The translations under genes and the position numbers were made by a program. A stretch of 64,000 nt of DNA from Candidatus Eiseniibacteriota bacterium. GTDB lineage: Bacteria > Eisenbacteria > RBG-16-71-46. The stretch spans positions 2,976,001 through 3,040,000 of the forward strand of contig OY970342.1 of the NCBI GenBank assembly GCA_963717505.1, given 5' to 3'. The notes under the pieces were generated by a model. The model saw nothing but the letters and a program-made list of their open reading frames with translations, was not told where the DNA came from and did not search any database. This document shows positions 57,343-64,000 of this stretch, one piece after another (positions within the stretch are counted from its first letter, which is position 1; the number at the start of each line of letters is the position of its first letter).

Positions 57343-59079
57343 ATGACCGGCACCGAAGACTGGATCGAGCGGGTGCGGCAGGCCAGCGATCTCGCCGAGA
57401 TTGCCGGCCAGACCATCACGTTGAAGCGCGTCGGCCGGAATCTGATGGGTTTGTGCCCGTTTCATTCCGAGAAGACGCCGTCGTTTTCGGTGCACCCCGA
57501 ACGGCAGTTCTACCATTGCTTCAGCTGCAAGGCGGGCGGCGACGTGTTCCGTTTCGTCCAGGAGACCGAGAAGATCGGGTTCCTGGACGCGGTCGAGCTG
57601 CTGAGCCGCCGGGCGGGGATTCCGGTTCCGGAACGGCGGGGCGGGACCGGAGGCCAGCGCGGCCGGCTGGTCGAGGCCCTGGCCGAAGCCGCGGCGGCCT
57701 ACGAGCAGTGGCTGGCCGACCCGCGCCAGGGGGAGGCGGCGCGTAGCTACCTCGAGAGCCGCGGGATCGATCGCGAGACCCAAAGGGCGTTCCGACTTGG
57801 GGTTGTGCCCCCGGGCTGGGATCACCTGGCCCGCCGGCTCGGCGGCCGGTTTCCCGAAGAGATCCTGGTCCAGGCGGGGCTCGTCAGTCGAAAAGACGGC
57901 GGCCGAGGACTTTACGATCGCTTTCGCAACCGAATTCTCATCCCCCTCATCCAAGTCGGCGGCGAAGTCGTCGGATTCGGCGCCCGGGCACTCGATGCCG
58001 GGGATGAGCCCAAGTACCTGAATTCCCCGGAAACCGCGGTCTATCACAAGAGTTCTTTCCTCTACGGCCTGGACCGTGCCCGCCGTCACGTCCAGCCCGG
58101 GGGGGAGGTCATCGTGGTCGAGGGCTACTTCGACGTCATGGTTCTGCACCAGGCCGGGCTGGCCCATACCGTGGCGACTTCGGGGACCGCGCTGACCCCG
58201 GAGCACGCGAAGTCCTTGAGGCGGATGACGAACCGCATCGCGTTGACGTACGATGGCGATTCTGCGGGTCGCGAGGCCGTCGTCCGTTCGCTCGGGACCC
58301 TGCTGGCCGGAGGCCTGGACGTCGTCGTGGTCGATCTGCCGGCGGGCGAAGATCCGGATTCGTTGGTGCGCAAAGGCGGCCTGGCCGCCTGGGAGGCCGT
58401 TCGCTACCGCGCGGGCGATCCGGTGGCATTTCTCGAACGACATGTCATCCGAACGGGAGGCACGGCCGATACGCGCGAGGCGGCCGTGCAGGCGGCCGTT
58501 CGGCTGGCGTCGGAAGTCTCCGATCCCGTGCGCTCGCGATTGCTGATCGAACGAGCGAGCGAGGTCTTCGGCTTGTCGGCCGACGTCCTCGCCCGCGCGG
58601 TGGGGCTGAGGCGGAGCGGGCAGGTCTCGGAGCAACCGGCGCGCTCCGCGGTGCGTGCCCAGAGGTCCGCGGAACGCGAACTCGAAGAACAAGTGCTGCG
58701 CGCGTTGCTGAACGAACCCGAAGCGCGGGACCGGGCCGGAGAACGCATCGGCCCCGGGGACTTCCGTGATCCTGTGTGCCGGGCGGTGGCCGAGTGGTTG
58801 TGGTCGGGCGCGAGTGGCGCGCCCGAGGATGAAGCGGCGGCGGTTCTGGCGCGCGAGTTGTCGCTGGCGCCACCGGGATCGTTCGACTGGCAGGAGGAAG
58901 TGCGCGGCGGAACGCGCGCGTTGATCGTGCGACGCCTGAAGACGCAGCGAAAGGAAGCACAAGAGGCATTGCGGCAGACGGCATCGGACGCCGAACAACG
59001 GACTCTGCTCGAAACCGTCGGGCGACTATCGCGACAAATCGAGGACCTGGAACGCAACGCCCGGGACCTCGCGGTCTGA
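57343..59079 (+). CDS. dnaG: DNA primase
   Basis: CPFHSEKTPSF, CFSC, KYLNSPET, VVEGYFDV, YDGDSAG, DPD. Confidence 0.96.
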   Translation: MTGTEDWIERVRQASDLAEIAGQTITLKRVGRNLMGLCPFHSEKTPSFSVHPERQFYHCFSCKAGGDVFRFVQETEKIGFLDAVELLSRRAGIPVPERRGGTGGQRGRLVEALAEAAAAYEQWLADPRQGEAARSYLESRGIDRETQRAFRLGVVPPGWDHLARRLGGRFPEEILVQAGLVSRKDGGRGLYDRFRNRILIPLIQVGGEVVGFGARALDAGDEPKYLNSPETAVYHKSSFLYGLDRARRHVQPGGEVIVVEGYFDVMVLHQAGLAHTVATSGTALTPEHAKSLRRMTNRIALTYDGDSAGREAVVRSLGTLLAGGLDVVVVDLPAGEDPDSLVRKGGLAAWEAVRYRAGDPVAFLERHVIRTGGTADTREAAVQAAVRLASEVSDPVRSRLLIERASEVFGLSADVLARAVGLRRSGQVSEQPARSAVRAQRSAERELEEQVLRALLNEPEARDRAGERIGPGDFRDPVCRAVAEWLWSGASGAPEDEAAAVLARELSLAPPGSFDWQEEVRGGTRALIVRRLKTQRKEAQEALRQTASDAEQRTLLETVGRLSRQIEDLERNARDLAV

Positions 59080-59141
59080 CTCGAACGTGATCGAAACTCC
59101 ACTGGAGACGATGCTGGGACACTAAGGGGGAACGGCGGTAC

Positions 59142-60935
<1,794 letters not shown>

Positions 60936-60948
60936 CCGGTCCGCTCGT

Positions 60949-60978
60949 TTGACACCGTTGCGAAGCCGGTGCTAGACA
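60949..60978 (+). promoter_or_regulatory. Candidate promoter for the tRNA pair
   Basis: TTGACA (60949-60954), 18 nt, TG-extended TAGACA (60973-60978). Confidence 0.5.
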
Positions 60979-61015
60979 GTGCGGTTCCGGCGCACTCGAT
61001 GGTGCGCTTCCGCCT

Positions 61016-61089
61016 GGGCCCATAGCTCAGCGGTCCAGAGCGGCCGGCTCATAACCGGTAAGACCCTGGTTCGAATCCAGGTGGGCCCA
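61016..61089 (+). tRNA. tRNA with CAT anticodon, probably tRNA-Ile2 (lysidine type); CCA not encoded
   Basis: Acceptor GGGCCCA/TGGGCCC, anticodon arm GCCGG-CTCATAA-CCGGT; paired G1-C72 argues against initiator tRNA. Ile2 versus elongator Met is inferred from sequence style and position after rpoD. Confidence 0.9.
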
Positions 61090-61135
61090 TGGGCCCGCGC
61101 ACGCCTCGCAATGGGGACGCCGGACGGTCGCTCAT

Positions 61136-61211
61136 GGGCGGATAGCTCAGTTGGTAGAGCACCTGGATCACAACCAGGGGGTCACAGGTTCGAGTCCTGT
61201 TCCGCCCACCA
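61136..61211 (+). tRNA. tRNA-Val(CAC)
   Basis: Acceptor GGGCGGA/TCCGCCC, anticodon arm CCTGG-ATCACAA-CCAGG, TTCGAGT loop, ACCA end. Confidence 0.93.
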
Positions 61212-61223
61212 TTTCGAGAGGTC

Positions 61224-61967
61224 ATGACCGAGCCCACACCAACGGCGCCACCGATGAGCGACGAGATCCGCCGGCTGTGGGTGATCGCCGGGCTCGACGA
61301 CGAGATCGTCGCGATCGACACCCAGTTGGCGCGGTTCCCGGCCGAGCGCGAAGGCTTGGAGCGCCGGGTGACCGGCGAGCGCCGCCGGCTGGAAGAGCAG
61401 CAGAAGGCGGTGACCGAGCTGCAGAAGCGGCGGCGCGACCTCGAACGCGAGATCGAGAGCCTGACCGAGCAGGAGCGCAAATTCCTGGGACAACAGGCGT
61501 CGGTCAAGACCAATGCCGAGTACCAGGCGCTGACCCACGAGATCGATGGCGCGCGCAAGAAGCGCTCGGACCGCGAGACCGACGTGTTGGTCTTGATGGA
61601 GGACGAGCAGGCGCGCGCCGGCGAGCGCCCCGGCATCGAGGCGGCGTTGCGCGCCGCCGAGACGGAGCGCAACGATCGTCTGCGCGCCCTCGAGGAGACC
61701 GAGAAGCAGGAACGCGCGCGCCGTGATCAGCGCGCCAGCGCCCGCGCCGAGGAACTCGGTGCGCTGCCGGGCCCGACTCGGGCGCGCTACGAGCGAGTGC
61801 ACGTCTCGAAGCAGGGTCGCGCGGTGGTGCTGATCCAAAAGGGCGCATGCGGCGGCTGCTTCCGGTCGCAAGCGCCGCAGGCGCTGCAGGAAGCCCGCAA
61901 GCGCGATCGAATCATCATCTGCGACGGCTGCGGGCGAATTCTGATCCTGCCTCCCGACGCGGCTTGA
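61224..61967 (+). CDS. Coiled-coil C4 zinc-ribbon protein (DUF164 / CT398-like)
   Basis: Long coiled coil, TNAEYQALTHEI, CGGC...CDGCGRIL. Confidence 0.88.
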   Translation: MTEPTPTAPPMSDEIRRLWVIAGLDDEIVAIDTQLARFPAEREGLERRVTGERRRLEEQQKAVTELQKRRRDLEREIESLTEQERKFLGQQASVKTNAEYQALTHEIDGARKKRSDRETDVLVLMEDEQARAGERPGIEAALRAAETERNDRLRALEETEKQERARRDQRASARAEELGALPGPTRARYERVHVSKQGRAVVLIQKGACGGCFRSQAPQALQEARKRDRIIICDGCGRILILPPDAA

Positions 61968-61998
61968 GCGCTTGGGCGCCGGCCCGTATGGTTGCGGC

Positions 61999-62418
61999 GT
62001 GAGCGAGACCTCCCCGATCTGGACGTTGCGCTGCGACGGCGGGGCGCGCGGCAACCCGGGCCCGGGGGCGTGCGCCTACGTGCTCGCCGACGCTTCGGGC
62101 CGCGAAGTGGAAGCGCGGGGCGAGTATCTGGGCGAGGTCACCAACAACGTCGCCGAGTATCGCGGGCTGATCGCCGGGCTCGATGCCGCGCTCCGGCGCG
62201 GAGCGAAACCGCTGATCGTCTACATGGATTCCGAGCTGGTCGTACGTCAGATGACCGGCGAGTACCGGGTCAAGAATGCCGGGCTCAAGCCGCTGCATGC
62301 CGAGGCCCAGGAGCGGGCCGAGCAGCTGCGTCCGGTGCGTTTCGTCGCAGTGCGGCGCGAGGACAACACCCGCGCCGACCAGCTGGTCAACGACACGCTC
62401 GACGGTATCCTGGGTTCC

Positions 62419-62433
<15 letters not shown>
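61999..62433 (+). CDS. rnhA: Ribonuclease HI
   Basis: DGGARGNPGPG, TNNVAEY, DSELVVRQ, REDNTRADQLVN; start GTG 61999 inferred. Confidence 0.9.
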
Positions 62434-62822
<389 letters not shown>

Positions 62823-62825
62823 GGA

Positions 62826-64000
62826 GTGAAGAACCCGACGCGCCCGGCGGCTTCTGCCCGCCGGGCGCCGTCGTCCGTCCGCGACGGCGCGGGGGGCGGC
62901 CGATGGCTCGTCTGGATGACGCATCCAGCGCTGCTCTCGGCGTTGATCGCGTTTCTGCTGTATCTGCCGAGCATCGGCTTCGATTTCGTTCGCGACGATC
63001 ACGAGTTGATCGTGCGCAACGCCTTCCTGCGTCGCGACGGGTTTCTCGGCCGCCTGTTGACCTCCGACTTCTGGGCGTCGGCCGGGCAGGGAGCCCACCT
63101 GTGGCGCCCGCTGGTGACCCTGTCGTTCTGGATCGAGGGGCGCGCCTTCGGGTGGAGTCCGATGGCATTCCACGCGGTGAACGTGCTCGCGCACGCGGGT
63201 GCGAGTGCGGTACTCGCCGGGCTGATGCTCGGCGCCGGCGTGCCGCGCCTGGCCGCTTTGGTCGCCGGAGTCTGGTTCGCGACCACGCCGGTCCACGTCG
63301 AATCGGTCGCCTGGATCGCAGGTCGGACCGACGTCCTGTGCGCGCTGTTCGCGTTCCTCGCGCTGGCCCTCGACCGGCGCGCGCGGGCCGCCGGCCGCGA
63401 CACGCCGGGCCTGGTGGCGCCCGCCGCGTTGCTGGCGGCGCTCCTGTCCAAGGAAGCCGCATTGCCGGTGCTGGGGGTACTCGCCGTGTCGTGGTGGGTC
63501 GCCACCGATCCGCCGCGCCGCGTGCGCGCCGCGGTGCGCTGGCTCGCGCCCTATGCCGTGGTGACGCTCGTGTACGTCGTCGCTCACGAGATGTTCGCGG
63601 CACCACTCGGACGCCCGGCGTGGGTCGATGCCGCGACCGTGACCCGGATCCGCTGGGCGGGCTGGACGATGCTCACCGAGTACGCGGCCATGCTGTGGCC
63701 CGGTTTTCCGCACGCGCCGGATTTCGCGCTGCCGCTGCCGTCCGGTGCCGGCGATCCCCGCGTGCTGCTCGGGGTCGCGTTCACGTTGGCGTCGGTCGCG
63801 GGCGCCGTGATCCTGGTCGCTCGACGTTCACGGTGGGCCGAGCCGGCGTGCCTGACCCTGTTGCCACTGTTGCTGCCGGTGGCACTCGCGTGGTCTCGCG
63901 GTCACCTCACGTTCGCCGAACGGCTGTGGTACCTGCCCTCGGGTGGTCTCGCCTGGATGCTGGCGCTCGGCTGCGCGCGTCTGTCCGCGGCACCGGCGCT
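62826..64000 (+). CDS. TMTC/DUF1736-like GT-C membrane glycosyltransferase, runs off window (start 62826 or 62916)
   Basis: Read by hand: FDFVRDDHELI, WRPLVTLSF, FHAVNVLAH, HVESVAWIAGRTDVL, LLSKEAA, AERLWYLPS; missing from the ORF track because no stop is reached. Confidence 0.8.
   Translation, partial: MKNPTRPAASARRAPSSVRDGAGGGRWLVWMTHPALLSALIAFLLYLPSIGFDFVRDDHELIVRNAFLRRDGFLGRLLTSDFWASAGQGAHLWRPLVTLSFWIEGRAFGWSPMAFHAVNVLAHAGASAVLAGLMLGAGVPRLAALVAGVWFATTPVHVESVAWIAGRTDVLCALFAFLALALDRRARAAGRDTPGLVAPAALLAALLSKEAALPVLGVLAVSWWVATDPPRRVRAAVRWLAPYAVVTLVYVVAHEMFAAPLGRPAWVDAATVTRIRWAGWTMLTEYAAMLWPGFPHAPDFALPLPSGAGDPRVLLGVAFTLASVAGAVILVARRSRWAEPACLTLLPLLLPVALAWSRGHLTFAERLWYLPSGGLAWMLALGCARLSAAPA

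Overview
High-GC bacterial chromosome segment in which every gene I can support lies on the + strand. Gene content (lipid A acyltransferase, secretin, Myxococcota/Geobacter-like type IV pilus cluster, DUF222-like HNH gene) suggests a diderm, possibly a Candidatus Eisenbacteria-like lineage; this is unverified inference. Order: histidine utilisation (hutH-hutU-hutI-fused FTCD); TPR and PHP proteins; ECF S-component plus outer-membrane barrel; comEA; pilB-T-C-S-R, ABC transporter, TPR protein and pilMNOPQ-aroK; a housekeeping block (rsmD, coaD, pta, obgE, dprA, lpxL-like) containing two apparent pseudo-enzymes (an aconitase without Fe-S ligands and a His-less GAF histidine kinase); tRNA-Phe and tRNA-Thr followed by a structured 460-bp non-coding stretch and a solitary HNH nuclease; glmM-glmS-ridA; a selenoprotein selD (in-frame UGA plus SECIS, truncated in the ORF track) with tRNA-Sec; lepA-lepB-hemW-hrcA-grpE-dnaJ-rsmE; rpsU-cvpA-mutS2-dnaG-rpoD; tRNA(CAT), tRNA-Val, zinc-ribbon protein, RNase HI, RNase P RNA and a TMTC-like glycosyltransferase running off the end. 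Two blocks (about 1-5.3 kb and 12.4-18.7 kb) are full of small frameshifts that look like sequencing or polishing errors. No CRISPR array, rRNA, integrase or transposase was seen. The best candidates for undescribed biology are the tRNA-linked HNH locus and the two pseudo-enzymes. All assignments come from reading motifs by eye; no searches were run.
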